In this document: piece by piece, positions 18,623 through 27,720 of the stretch
How positions within the stretch are numbered: the first letter of the stretch is position 1
How the letters are laid out: the number at the start of each line of letters is the position of its first letter
DNA from: an uncultured Alphaproteobacteria bacterium
Lineage (GTDB): Bacteria > Pseudomonadota > Alphaproteobacteria > RF32 > CAG-239
NCBI GenBank assembly: GCA_944392155.1
Contig: CALXVR010000004.1
Span: forward strand, 9,645 to 73,644
Direction: 5' to 3'
Length of the DNA: 64,000 bases
Notes under the pieces: model-generated
Database searches by the model: none
Told to the model about the DNA's origin: nothing
What the model saw: only the letters and a program-made list of their open reading frames with translations
Translations under genes and position numbers: made by a program

Positions 18623-19231
18623 TTATGCATTATGAATTTCTTCCCAAGCTTCCAAAAGCCAAGGGTGAGGTGTTTTAATCTTGTCTTTATCAAGCATCAG
18701 GTTTTCAAAATAACATTTGATAGCATTGTCTAGGGAGACCTCTGCAGCTTTTTTTACTAACGGCATATAAGCCGGAGTATCTTTGCTATCCCAACTTAAT
18801 TTATCTGCTAAAAAGAGAAGTTTATCCAAGTTTGAGGCGCTTTTGCGTAGAGTTGTGTGGCAGTTGATGGCATTAAGAACTTCTTTATCTACAATATTAA
18901 ATGTTTCAACCGCAACAATACGTGATATTCTTTGATGAAGAAGATATGGATTTTCGCGTTCTACGGCAAAAATTTCTAAATCAAGAGCCTCAGCCATCGG
19001 AATGTAATGCTCAACGGGAATAAGCGTGCTTATGTCATGTAAAAGAGCGGCTGTTTTGGCTTGTTCATAATCTATAACAAATCTTTTAGCCAAAGCTAGG
19101 GCATTGTCTTTTACTTTTAGAGTATGTGCTAAAATTTCGGGCTTTTTGTTGGTTGTAAAATTGTGGATGATATTTTCTTCCAGAGAATAAAAATCCGTGC
19201 AAGTAATTGTATTATCAGTCATTCGGTTCAT
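18623..19231 (-). CDS. HD-domain phosphohydrolase (YqeK-like)
   Basis: 202 aa. HTLKVKDNALALAKRF...AKTAALLHDIS carries the His..HD metal-binding pattern of HD-superfamily hydrolases. Confidence 0.7.
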   Translation of the reverse strand: MNRMTDNTITCTDFYSLEENIIHNFTTNKKPEILAHTLKVKDNALALAKRFVIDYEQAKTAALLHDISTLIPVEHYIPMAEALDLEIFAVERENPYLLHQRISRIVAVETFNIVDKEVLNAINCHTTLRKSASNLDKLLFLADKLSWDSKDTPAYMPLVKKAAEVSLDNAIKCYFENLMLDKDKIKTPHPWLLEAWEEIHNA

Positions 19232-19442
19232 TCCTCCTGATGAAATTTTTGGCTCTTGCCGATATGATATTACTATATATAATTGATTTTATTATAAAAA
19301 TCCAGTTTTTTTTGAAAATGGCTAAAATATATGCGTCAAAAATGCGTAAGTTGTTAACAAATATAAACTACTGGTAGAAATTATAAAAAGTTCATTATAT
19401 ATTAAATATAATTAATACTTTATATACAAGTCAGTAAAGAGA

Positions 19443-20693
19443 ATGGACGAAGATTACGGTTTTGAAGCCTCCAAAGCCAAGTTATCAAAACTGAAAGCAG
19501 GCGCCTTGTTTATGAAGATGGGTGCCAAAAAGATAAAAATGGCTTTGGATTTGGTTAAAGATAAACAAGATGAGATAGATGTTGTGGTGTGGATTGCTCC
19601 TTCTTCTTTTTTGGGGTGGGAGGGGTATACAAAAGCAATAGACGATAGTTTGGTCGGCTTGCGTAAGCAAATCTGTTTCTTTTCTGTTGAAAATATTTCT
19701 TGTTCTGATGTGCATTATTTACAACTTTATTCTTTGGCGGAAAGGTATAAAGTTTTTTGTGTCGTGGATGAAAGCATATCAATCAAAAATAGTGAGGCCG
19801 GGCGGACAAAACGTTTGCTGATGATGCGAAATTTGTTTGATTATCGTCTGATATTATGTGGGTTGCCGTTGACGCAAGGTTTGGTCGATTTGTATTCACA
19901 GATTGAATTTATGCATCCGTCTGTCCTTAATATGTCAGAGACACAATTTTTGAATACATATTTATCTCCTTATGATGACGGGACAACTCGAAAATGGTCT
20001 AAACCCGAAAATGAAAAAATTTTGATTGAGCAGATGCGTCCGTTTATTTTTGAGTGTGATTTGGACAGTACTCAAAAAATTAATTATGTTGATCTTTGTT
20101 TTGATTTGACCCCAAGAGAAGCCGAAAGTTATGAAGAAGAAAAAAATGCTTTTTTGAAGGATAAGGAGCAGGTCGTATTTATGGAGGTAGTACAACGATT
20201 TCAACATATTTATACGATTGCAAAAAACAAAGTTGAGGGTTTGTTTAAGCTAGTGGATGAGATTTTGGCAAGAGGTGAAAAGGTCATCATATATCTTAAG
20301 TATCTTGATGAAATTCATTTTTTTAAGGAATGCGGTTTTTTGCAACGGGGAAAATATGTTGTTCTTTCCGGTAGGTGCAACAAGAAAAAAGCAGTTAAGT
20401 TATTCGGGCAGAGAATTAATATTATGTTTTCTACCTATGGGGTTGATTCTCGCGGTTTAGATTTATGCACATGCAATAATATTATTTATTTTTCGCAGAC
20501 TTTTGATTATAAATGTAAGGTGCAATGCTTGTATAATGTTTATCAGTCTTATACGGGAAAATGTATTAATGTTTATAATCTTTGGATAAATACGGGATTA
20601 GATAAGCTTATCAGGCAGAATTTGCATCGTAAGAAAAATGTCCTTTCCAATGTTTGCCGAATGATTTCAAAGGAGGAGGCTTTGGCACTATGA
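19443..20693 (+). CDS. SNF2-family helicase-like protein with degenerate ATPase motifs
   Basis: 416 aa. Blocks Ia VVVWIAPSSFLGW, II VVDESISIKN, III RLILCGLPLTQG, IV EKVIIYLKYL and V IMFSTYGVDSRGLDL are present. Block I reads MGAKKIKMAL (no GxGKT) and block VI reads QCLYNVYQSYTG (no Arg). Confidence 0.65.
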   Translation: MDEDYGFEASKAKLSKLKAGALFMKMGAKKIKMALDLVKDKQDEIDVVVWIAPSSFLGWEGYTKAIDDSLVGLRKQICFFSVENISCSDVHYLQLYSLAERYKVFCVVDESISIKNSEAGRTKRLLMMRNLFDYRLILCGLPLTQGLVDLYSQIEFMHPSVLNMSETQFLNTYLSPYDDGTTRKWSKPENEKILIEQMRPFIFECDLDSTQKINYVDLCFDLTPREAESYEEEKNAFLKDKEQVVFMEVVQRFQHIYTIAKNKVEGLFKLVDEILARGEKVIIYLKYLDEIHFFKECGFLQRGKYVVLSGRCNKKKAVKLFGQRINIMFSTYGVDSRGLDLCTCNNIIYFSQTFDYKCKVQCLYNVYQSYTGKCINVYNLWINTGLDKLIRQNLHRKKNVLSNVCRMISKEEALAL

Positions 20694-21991
20694 AGAAATA
20701 TTTGGATAAAAACGTATATGAGGCTTTACAGGAAAGGCTGAAGTTTATTTTTGATAATTTTGATAATATTTATGTTTCTTTTTCCGGCGGCAAAGATAGT
20801 GGTTTGTTGCTGAATATGGTTTTGAGTTATAAGAGAAGAAACAAAATTACTAAAAAAATAGGCGTTTTTCATCAGGATTTTGAGGCACAATATCAGACAA
20901 CTACGGATTTTGTTACCAGAATGTTTGAAAATAATATGCGCGATATTGAGCCTTATTGGGTTTGTTTGCCTATGGGATCTCGTTGCGCGGTTAGTAATTA
21001 TCAGATGTATTGGTATCCGTGGGATCCGGACCAAAAAGATTTGTGGGTGCGTCCGATGCCCCAAATGCCTTATATTATTAATATGGATAATAATCCGTTT
21101 GATTTTTATCGTTACAAAATGGTTCAGGAAGATTTATATGCGGAATTTGGTGATTGGTACTCCAGACAGAAAAAAGGCAAGACAATTTGTCTGTTAGGTA
21201 TTCGGGCTGATGAATCTCTTAATCGATATCGGGCATATGCAAATGATCGTAAAACCATTATGAAAGGAAATCAGTGGACGACCAAAATGGGTGAAAACTG
21301 GTGGAATGCATATCCGATTTATGATTGGACCACTAAAGATGTATGGATTGCGAACGGTAAGTTTGATTATGATTATAATCGGATTTATGATTTATTTTGG
21401 AAAGCCGGACTTTCTATTCATCAGATGAGGGTGGCCAGTCCGTATCACGAAAGTGCTAAAGAAAGCCTTAATTTGTATAGGGTTTTGGAGCCGTCTACTT
21501 GGGTACGCATCGTTTCTCGCGTGCAAGGAGCAAATTTTGGTGCAATTTACGGCGGGTCCAGAGCGCTGGGGTCGCGCAAGATTGAATTGCCTCCGGGGCA
21601 TACGTGGCGCAGTTATGTTAAGTTTTTGTTGGCGACATTGCCTGATGCCATGCGGCGAAATTATATTGAGAAGTTTAAAACCTCCATTCGGTTTTGGTGG
21701 AAAAAAGGCGGCGTGGTTGATGAAGAAGCTATTAAAGAATTGGAGGCTTGTAATTATCCTATTCGACACAATGGCAAGAGCAACTACAAAAGCAGTAAAG
21801 AAAAAATTGTGTTTTTGGGAACGCCGGATCATACGGATGATATTAAATCTACCATTGATATTCCGTCATGGAAAAGAATGGCTGTTTGTATTTTGAAAAA
21901 TGATCATTTGTGCAAATATATGGGTTTTTCACAGACACAGAAACAAAACTTAAGACAAAAGGAATTAATCGAAAAATATAGAAATTTATGA
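20690..21991 (+). CDS. PAPS-reductase-like PP-loop ATP pyrophosphatase with C-terminal extension (IbrA-like, DUF3440-type)
   Basis: Start set at ATG 20690 (GGAGG RBS, ATGA overlap with the upstream stop). PP-loop YVSFSGGKDSGLL, LGIRADESLNR, and a ~200-aa C-terminal region typical of IbrA-like proteins. Confidence 0.75.
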   Translation: MKKYLDKNVYEALQERLKFIFDNFDNIYVSFSGGKDSGLLLNMVLSYKRRNKITKKIGVFHQDFEAQYQTTTDFVTRMFENNMRDIEPYWVCLPMGSRCAVSNYQMYWYPWDPDQKDLWVRPMPQMPYIINMDNNPFDFYRYKMVQEDLYAEFGDWYSRQKKGKTICLLGIRADESLNRYRAYANDRKTIMKGNQWTTKMGENWWNAYPIYDWTTKDVWIANGKFDYDYNRIYDLFWKAGLSIHQMRVASPYHESAKESLNLYRVLEPSTWVRIVSRVQGANFGAIYGGSRALGSRKIELPPGHTWRSYVKFLLATLPDAMRRNYIEKFKTSIRFWWKKGGVVDEEAIKELEACNYPIRHNGKSNYKSSKEKIVFLGTPDHTDDIKSTIDIPSWKRMAVCILKNDHLCKYMGFSQTQKQNLRQKELIEKYRNL

Positions 21992-22001
21992 GGTGTGGTA
22001 A

Positions 22002-22520
22002 ATGAACGAATTTGTAAGTCCTGTTTATAATGTCAGAGCTATTCCGCTTGAGAAAATCAAGGCGAATAACTACAACCCCAATAAGGTTGCTCCGCCGGAG
22101 ATGAAGCTTTTGGAAATATCTATTTGGGAAGATGGTTTTACCCAACCGATAGTCTGTTATTATGACAAGGCTAATGACGAGTATATCGTTGTGGACGGGT
22201 TTCACCGTTTTACAACGATGCTGACGAGTGAAAGAATCAGAAATCGCGAAAAAGGCAAAATGCCGGTGGTGGTTATTGATAAAGAACTTGGCGAACGTAT
22301 GGCGTCAACTATTCGTCATAACCGTGCGCGCGGCAGCCATAGCGTGGATTTGATGAGTAATATTGTGGCTGAACTTTTGGAGATGGGAAAAAGTGATGCA
22401 TGGATTTGTCGTAACATTGGAATGTCGGCAGATGAGTTATTGCGCTTAAAACAAATTACGGGATTAGCTAATTTGTTTAAAGATGAGGAATTTTCCAAGA
22501 GCTGGGAAGTTACTACATAA
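22002..22520 (+). CDS. ParB N-terminal (ParB/Srx nuclease-like) domain protein, IbrB-like
   Basis: 172 aa starting 10 nt after the upstream stop. NYNPNKVAPPEMKLLEISIWEDGFTQPIV, VVDGFHRF and IRHNRARGSH are present. Confidence 0.75.
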   Translation: MNEFVSPVYNVRAIPLEKIKANNYNPNKVAPPEMKLLEISIWEDGFTQPIVCYYDKANDEYIVVDGFHRFTTMLTSERIRNREKGKMPVVVIDKELGERMASTIRHNRARGSHSVDLMSNIVAELLEMGKSDAWICRNIGMSADELLRLKQITGLANLFKDEEFSKSWEVTT

Positions 22521-22613
22521 AAAAATCGGCGCATAACTTAGAAAAAATGCTTTTTATCCCGTAGATTTTGCTGTCTTTTATGAGGAGTAATGAATTTTGT
22601 TCGGAGGATTAGT

Positions 22614-23951
22614 ATGGATAATTTGAATGATGTGTCTTTAATTTGGGGAATGAATCCGCAAATGTTGGCAATCGTGATTATGTCTGTTTGTTATCTGATT
22701 ATTTTCAGCGAAAAAATTAACCGCGCGATTATTGCTTTGCTGGGTGCCGGTGTAATGATTGTTTCCGGAATTTTGACACAGTCGACGGCACTGGAAGGAA
22801 TCGACTTCAACACGCTGGCTTTGCTGACGGGAATGATGATTATTGTCGGGATTGCCGAAAAATCCGGTATGTTTCAGTTTGTTGCGGTCTGGGGCGCTAA
22901 GAAGGTAAAAGCTTCGCCGCGCGGCCTGCTTGTTGTGTTGCCTTTGGTAACGGCTGTTTTTTCGGCTTTTCTTGACAATGTAACGACGGTGCTGTTGATT
23001 GCTCCCGTGACGTTTCAGATTACCCGGACGCTGAAAATAAATCCGTATCCGTATCTGATTTTGGAGATTTTTGCTTCAAACATCGGCGGTACGGCAACGC
23101 TTATCGGTGATCCGCCGAATATTCTTATCGGCTCGTCCGTCGGTTTATCTTTTATGGATTTTGTTTATCATTTGACGCCGGTTGTCGTTGCGACGATGAT
23201 TGTGTTGCTTATTTTGGCTGATTTGGTCTGGGGACGCCGGCTGACAACCCACGACGAGTACCGGGCGGCGGTTATGGAGATGAAGGCGGCAGACTGCATT
23301 GTTGACAAAGGGCTTCTTTATAAGTCGCTGTTTGTTCTTGCCTGTGTTATAGCCGCGTTTATTTCTGCAAGGCAGATTAACCTCGATAACGGTACGATTG
23401 CTCTGGTTGGTGCGGCGGTTTTGTTGCTGCTTTACAGCTGGAAGTTCAAAGGAGAAGAAAGAGACGCCAAGGTTCAGGAAGTTTTCGGTCTGGTTGACTG
23501 GACGACGATATTCTTCTTTACGGGATTGTTCGTGATTGTTTACGGTCTGGAAGAAACCGGTGTACTCCGCGCATTGGGAAGCTGGTTTCTGGAGTTGACC
23601 GGCGGCAGCCTGACGGCCATGACTTATTTGGTTTTGTGGAGTTCGGCAATACTTTCCAGTGCGATTGACAATATTCCTTTTGTGGCAACAATGATTCCGA
23701 TGATTAAGTCTATGGAAGCCTCTGTCGGTGGGCGTGAAGTAATGATGCCTGTTTGGTGGGCATTGTCTTTAGGCGCATGTTTTGGCGGAAACGGAACACT
23801 TATCGGCGCTTCAGCCAATGTGGTCGTTGCCGGAATGGCTATGCGTGAAGGCCACCCAATCAAGTTTTTGGGATTTTTGATTTGGTCAATTCCCGTTATG
23901 CTTTTGAGTGTGGCTATTGCTAATATCTTCTTGTTTTTAGAATATAATTAG
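22614..23951 (+). CDS. ArsB/NhaD-family (ion transporter superfamily) permease
   Basis: Start set at ATG 22614 (GGAGG RBS). ~445 aa and polytopic, with the motifs FLDNVTTVLL, GGTATLIGDPPN and GGNGTLIGASANVV. Confidence 0.75.
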   Translation: MDNLNDVSLIWGMNPQMLAIVIMSVCYLIIFSEKINRAIIALLGAGVMIVSGILTQSTALEGIDFNTLALLTGMMIIVGIAEKSGMFQFVAVWGAKKVKASPRGLLVVLPLVTAVFSAFLDNVTTVLLIAPVTFQITRTLKINPYPYLILEIFASNIGGTATLIGDPPNILIGSSVGLSFMDFVYHLTPVVVATMIVLLILADLVWGRRLTTHDEYRAAVMEMKAADCIVDKGLLYKSLFVLACVIAAFISARQINLDNGTIALVGAAVLLLLYSWKFKGEERDAKVQEVFGLVDWTTIFFFTGLFVIVYGLEETGVLRALGSWFLELTGGSLTAMTYLVLWSSAILSSAIDNIPFVATMIPMIKSMEASVGGREVMMPVWWALSLGACFGGNGTLIGASANVVVAGMAMREGHPIKFLGFLIWSIPVMLLSVAIANIFLFLEYN

Positions 23952-23965
23952 TTCTTTAAAGCACT

Positions 23966-23993
23966 AAAACCCCGCTGTTTGGCGGGGTTTTTT
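23966..23993 (+). terminator. Rho-independent terminator
   Basis: AAAACCCCGC-TGTTTG-GCGGGGTTTTTT immediately after the permease stop. Confidence 0.8.
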
Positions 23994-24081
23994 GTGAATA
24001 TGATGGGGAAAAAGATTGCTTTGCCGAAAAGCTGGTATAGAATATGCCCATTCTGTTTGTGTAACTAGAGAGGATTTTGTT

Positions 24082-24966
24082 ATGAAAGGTATCATTTTAG
24101 CTGGAGGAAGTGGTTCCAGACTTTATCCGCTGACCAAAACAACCAGTAAACAACTTTTGCCGGTTTATGATAAGCCGATGATTTATTATCCTTTGTCAAC
24201 TTTGATGTTGTTTGGTATCAGAGAGATTTTGATTATTTCCACACCGCAAGATACTCCGAATATTGAAAAGCTTTTCGGTGACGGTAAGCAACTTGGCTTG
24301 GATATTTGTTATAAAATTCAAGATGAGCCGAAAGGTATTGCGCAAGCTTTTACCATCGGTGCCGATTTTATCGGAAATGATGATGTTTGCTTGATTCTGG
24401 GTGATAATATTTTCTATATGGGCGAGCAATTGAAGCTCTTTCGTGAAGAGATTGCCAAGAATGTCGGCGGAACTGTTTTCGGATATCATGTTTCGGATCC
24501 GGAACGTTTCGGAGTGGTTGAGTTTGATAAAAACCACAAAGCTATTTCCATTGAAGAAAAACCCAAACAACCTAAGTCTAATTATGCTGTTGTCGGTTTG
24601 TATTTTTACAAGTCTGACGTGGTTGAAAAAGCCCGTAAATTAAAGCCTTCTGCCAGAGGCGAGCTTGAAATTACGGATTTGAACCGTGAGTATTTGGAAG
24701 AAGGACGCTTAAATGTGGTTACAATGAAGCGCGGTAATGCTTGGCTTGATGCCGGTACGCCGCAATCTTTGTTGGACGCTTCTAACTTTATCGGCATTAT
24801 TGAAAAACGTCAGGATTTGAAAATTGCTTGTATTGAAGAAATTGCATATAAGCGCGGTTTTATTGATGATGCCCAAATGCTTAAGCTTATTGATATCTTA
24901 AAAGACGGTGTTGATTATAAGAGTTATTTGAAACGCGTGTATGAGGATAGCCATGAAGATTATTAA
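24082..24966 (+). CDS. rfbA: Glucose-1-phosphate thymidylyltransferase
   Basis: Start at ATG 24082 (GAGAGGA RBS; the track ORF starts at an upstream TTG). MKGIILAGGSGSRLYPLT and the EKP motif (SIEEKPKQPKSNYAV) are present. Confidence 0.93.
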   Translation: MKGIILAGGSGSRLYPLTKTTSKQLLPVYDKPMIYYPLSTLMLFGIREILIISTPQDTPNIEKLFGDGKQLGLDICYKIQDEPKGIAQAFTIGADFIGNDDVCLILGDNIFYMGEQLKLFREEIAKNVGGTVFGYHVSDPERFGVVEFDKNHKAISIEEKPKQPKSNYAVVGLYFYKSDVVEKARKLKPSARGELEITDLNREYLEEGRLNVVTMKRGNAWLDAGTPQSLLDASNFIGIIEKRQDLKIACIEEIAYKRGFIDDAQMLKLIDILKDGVDYKSYLKRVYEDSHEDY

Positions 24967-25498
24967 TACGGCAATTGAAGGGGTTTATGTTATTGAACCT
25001 CAGGTTTTTGAGGATAACCGCGGTTATTTTTTTGAAAGCTATAATAAGCAAAAAATGGATGAAGCCGGTTTGACGTATAATTTTATTCAAGATAACCAGT
25101 CTATGTCCAAATATGGCACAATTCGCGGTATCCATTTCCAGAAAGGTGAGTTTGCTCAAGCAAAATTGGTTCGCGTATTGGAAGGAACAGTGCTGGATGT
25201 TGCTGTTGATTTGCGCAAAGGCTCTAAGACTTTCGGAAAATATGTGGCGGTTGAACTTTCAGCAGAAAATAAGCGCCAGCTTATGATTCCGAGAGGTTTC
25301 GGACATGGTTTTTCCGTGTTGTCGGAAACAGCCGTGTTCACTTATAAATGTGATAATGTATATAACAAAGAATCTGAGGGCGGTATTCGCTTTGATGATC
25401 CGGATATTCATGTGGATTGGAAGATTAAGCCCGAAGAAGCCATTTTGTCAGAAAAAGATAAAAATGCGCCATTTTTGAAGGATGTTACATGTTTTTAG
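24953..25498 (+). CDS. rfbC: dTDP-4-dehydrorhamnose 3,5-epimerase
   Basis: Start at ATG 24953 (GAGGA RBS). VFEDNRGYFFESY, RGIHFQ and KLVRVLEGTVLDVAVDLR are present. Confidence 0.92.
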   Translation: MKIINTAIEGVYVIEPQVFEDNRGYFFESYNKQKMDEAGLTYNFIQDNQSMSKYGTIRGIHFQKGEFAQAKLVRVLEGTVLDVAVDLRKGSKTFGKYVAVELSAENKRQLMIPRGFGHGFSVLSETAVFTYKCDNVYNKESEGGIRFDDPDIHVDWKIKPEEAILSEKDKNAPFLKDVTCF

Positions 25499-26325
25499 TC
25501 GTTGGAGCAAACGGGCAACTCGGAAACGAGTTGCGCCTTATTTTGGGTGATGCTGCCGAGTATGTGGATCGTGAGCAGTTGGATATTACGGATGAAAAAG
25601 CCGTAAAAGCTTTTGTTAAGCCAGAAAAATATGCCGCAATTATTAACTGTGCGGCTTATACCGCGGTTGATAAAGCAGAAGCTGATGCTCAGCTGGCAGA
25701 AAAAATTAATGTGGATGGTCCGAAGAATTTAGCAGAAACAGGTGTGCCTTTGGTACAAGTTTCAACGGATTATGTCTTTGACGGTTTGGGACACAGACCA
25801 TATAAAGAAGATGATGAAACTCATCCGCAATCTGTTTATGGTGTTACGAAGTTGGCCGGCGAAAAGGCTGTTTTGGAGAAAGCAAGCGGATGTTTTGTTA
25901 TTCGTACGGCGTGGTTATATTCAACTTTCGGCAATAATTTTGTTAAAACGATGCGTCGTTTGGGGGCTGAACGTGAAAATCTGACCGTGGTTTTTGATCA
26001 GATTGGAACGCCGACTTATGCACGAGATTTAGCGGAAGCTATTGTGGCTATGTTGCCCAAACTTAAAACAGGCGTGAAAGAAGTTTATCATTTCTCAAAC
26101 GAGGGCGTTTGTTCGTGGTACGATTTTGCTGTCGAAATTATGAAATTATCAGGCTTGAAGTGTAAGGTTAAGCCTATTGAAAGCAAAGATTATCCGACAC
26201 CGGCGAAGAGACCTTTTTATTCGGTTCTGAATAAAGGAAAGATTAAGGCTGATTTTGGTTTGGAAATCAGACATTGGTCCGAGAGTGTACGAGATTGTGT
26301 GGAGAAGTTGAATAATGGTCTTTAG
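25489..26325 (+). CDS. rfbD: dTDP-4-dehydrorhamnose reductase
   Basis: 278 aa. VVGANGQLG, STDYVFDG, YGVTKLAGE and QIGTPTYARDLA. Overlaps the rfbC stop. Confidence 0.9.
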   Translation: MFLVVGANGQLGNELRLILGDAAEYVDREQLDITDEKAVKAFVKPEKYAAIINCAAYTAVDKAEADAQLAEKINVDGPKNLAETGVPLVQVSTDYVFDGLGHRPYKEDDETHPQSVYGVTKLAGEKAVLEKASGCFVIRTAWLYSTFGNNFVKTMRRLGAERENLTVVFDQIGTPTYARDLAEAIVAMLPKLKTGVKEVYHFSNEGVCSWYDFAVEIMKLSGLKCKVKPIESKDYPTPAKRPFYSVLNKGKIKADFGLEIRHWSESVRDCVEKLNNGL

Positions 26326-27718
26326 TTCTTTGGTGTTTTTGTGGCTTTTTCTGCCAGTCGTTTTTGCTTTGTATTTTACCGCAAAGGAGCAATATCGTAA
26401 TGTTATATTATTGATAGCCAGCTTGTTCTTTTATGCATGGGGCGAGCCGGTTTATGTCTTGGTGATGATTTTATCAATTATCGTAAACTGTTTTTGCGGT
26501 TTAAAAATAGGCGCGGCGGAAGAGCACAAACGCAAAAGAGCTTTGTTTTGGGGTGTGTTTGTAAACTTGGCATTGTTAGGTGTTTTCAAATATACCGGTT
26601 TCTTTACGGAAAATGTGAATGCAATTTTCGGGTTGCAGGTTGAGGTTAAGCATTTGCCTTTGCCGATTGGTATTTCCTTTTATACTTTTCAGTCTATTTC
26701 TTATTTGGTGGATATTTATCGTAGAGTTTGCGAGCCACAGAGAAATATTATCAAAATGGGCTTGTTTATCTCTTTCTTCCCGCAGTTGATTGCCGGTCCG
26801 ATTTTGAAATATTATGATATCGCCAGTCAGATTGATAAGCGTCAGGTTACTTTGCCATTGTTTAACGAAGGTGCTGTTCGGTTTTTACAAGGTTTGGCTA
26901 AAAAGGTTATTATTGCTAATATTATGGCCAAAACTGCCGATGAGATTTTTGCTTTGGGTCTTAATGATTTGAGCACTCCGGCTGCATGGATTGGGATTAT
27001 TGCTTATACATTCCAAATTTATTTTGATTTCTCCGGATATTCGGATATGGCTATCGGTTTGGGTAAGATGTTTGGGTTCCATATTCATGAGAACTTTAAT
27101 TATCCTTATACGGCCACGTCTATTAAAGACTTTTGGCGGCGGTGGCATATTTCTCTTTCTACCTGGTTTAAGGAATATTTGTATATTCCGTTGGGTGGTA
27201 ACAGAGAAGGGACGCTGAAGACTTATCGGAATTTGATGATTGTGTTTTTCCTGACCGGTTTGTGGCACGGTGCCAGTTGGAATTTTGTCGTCTGGGGTCT
27301 GTTTCACGGAACGTTTTTGGTTTTGGAACGAATCTTTCCGATTGAAAAATTTTTGAGATTCCGCTTGTTGCAAAGTGTTTATACGCTACTGATTGTTATT
27401 GTGGCTTGGGTCTTCTTCCGCGCAGAAAATATTGGAAGCGCATGTGATTATTTGAGCAGAATGTTTGTTCCTTATGATATGGCTTCTTATAGCAAATATC
27501 TCTCGAACGAGTTTGTCTATGTGGCTGTTTTGGCCTTCGTGTCTTGTGGCTTCGGTACAATGTTTTATCAGAAGGTTTTTGCCGCTTTGAGACGAGAAAA
27601 TTGGGGCGCCATGCTGCTCAAGGTCGTTAATCCTGCTTTTTGTGCGGTAATTGCATATTTCAGTGTTTTGTTGTTGGCCAGCAATACATATAATCCGTTT
27701 ATTTATTTCAGGTTCTGA
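26315..27718 (+). CDS. MBOAT family O-acyltransferase (AlgI/DltB/PatA-like), second copy
   Basis: 467 aa, overlapping the rfbD stop by 11 nt. FYTFQSISYLVDIYRR, WRRWHISLSTWFKEYLYIPLGGNR, and the ending TYNPFIYFRF. Confidence 0.88.
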   Translation: MVFSSLVFLWLFLPVVFALYFTAKEQYRNVILLIASLFFYAWGEPVYVLVMILSIIVNCFCGLKIGAAEEHKRKRALFWGVFVNLALLGVFKYTGFFTENVNAIFGLQVEVKHLPLPIGISFYTFQSISYLVDIYRRVCEPQRNIIKMGLFISFFPQLIAGPILKYYDIASQIDKRQVTLPLFNEGAVRFLQGLAKKVIIANIMAKTADEIFALGLNDLSTPAAWIGIIAYTFQIYFDFSGYSDMAIGLGKMFGFHIHENFNYPYTATSIKDFWRRWHISLSTWFKEYLYIPLGGNREGTLKTYRNLMIVFFLTGLWHGASWNFVVWGLFHGTFLVLERIFPIEKFLRFRLLQSVYTLLIVIVAWVFFRAENIGSACDYLSRMFVPYDMASYSKYLSNEFVYVAVLAFVSCGFGTMFYQKVFAALRRENWGAMLLKVVNPAFCAVIAYFSVLLLASNTYNPFIYFRF

Positions 27719-27720
27719 TA

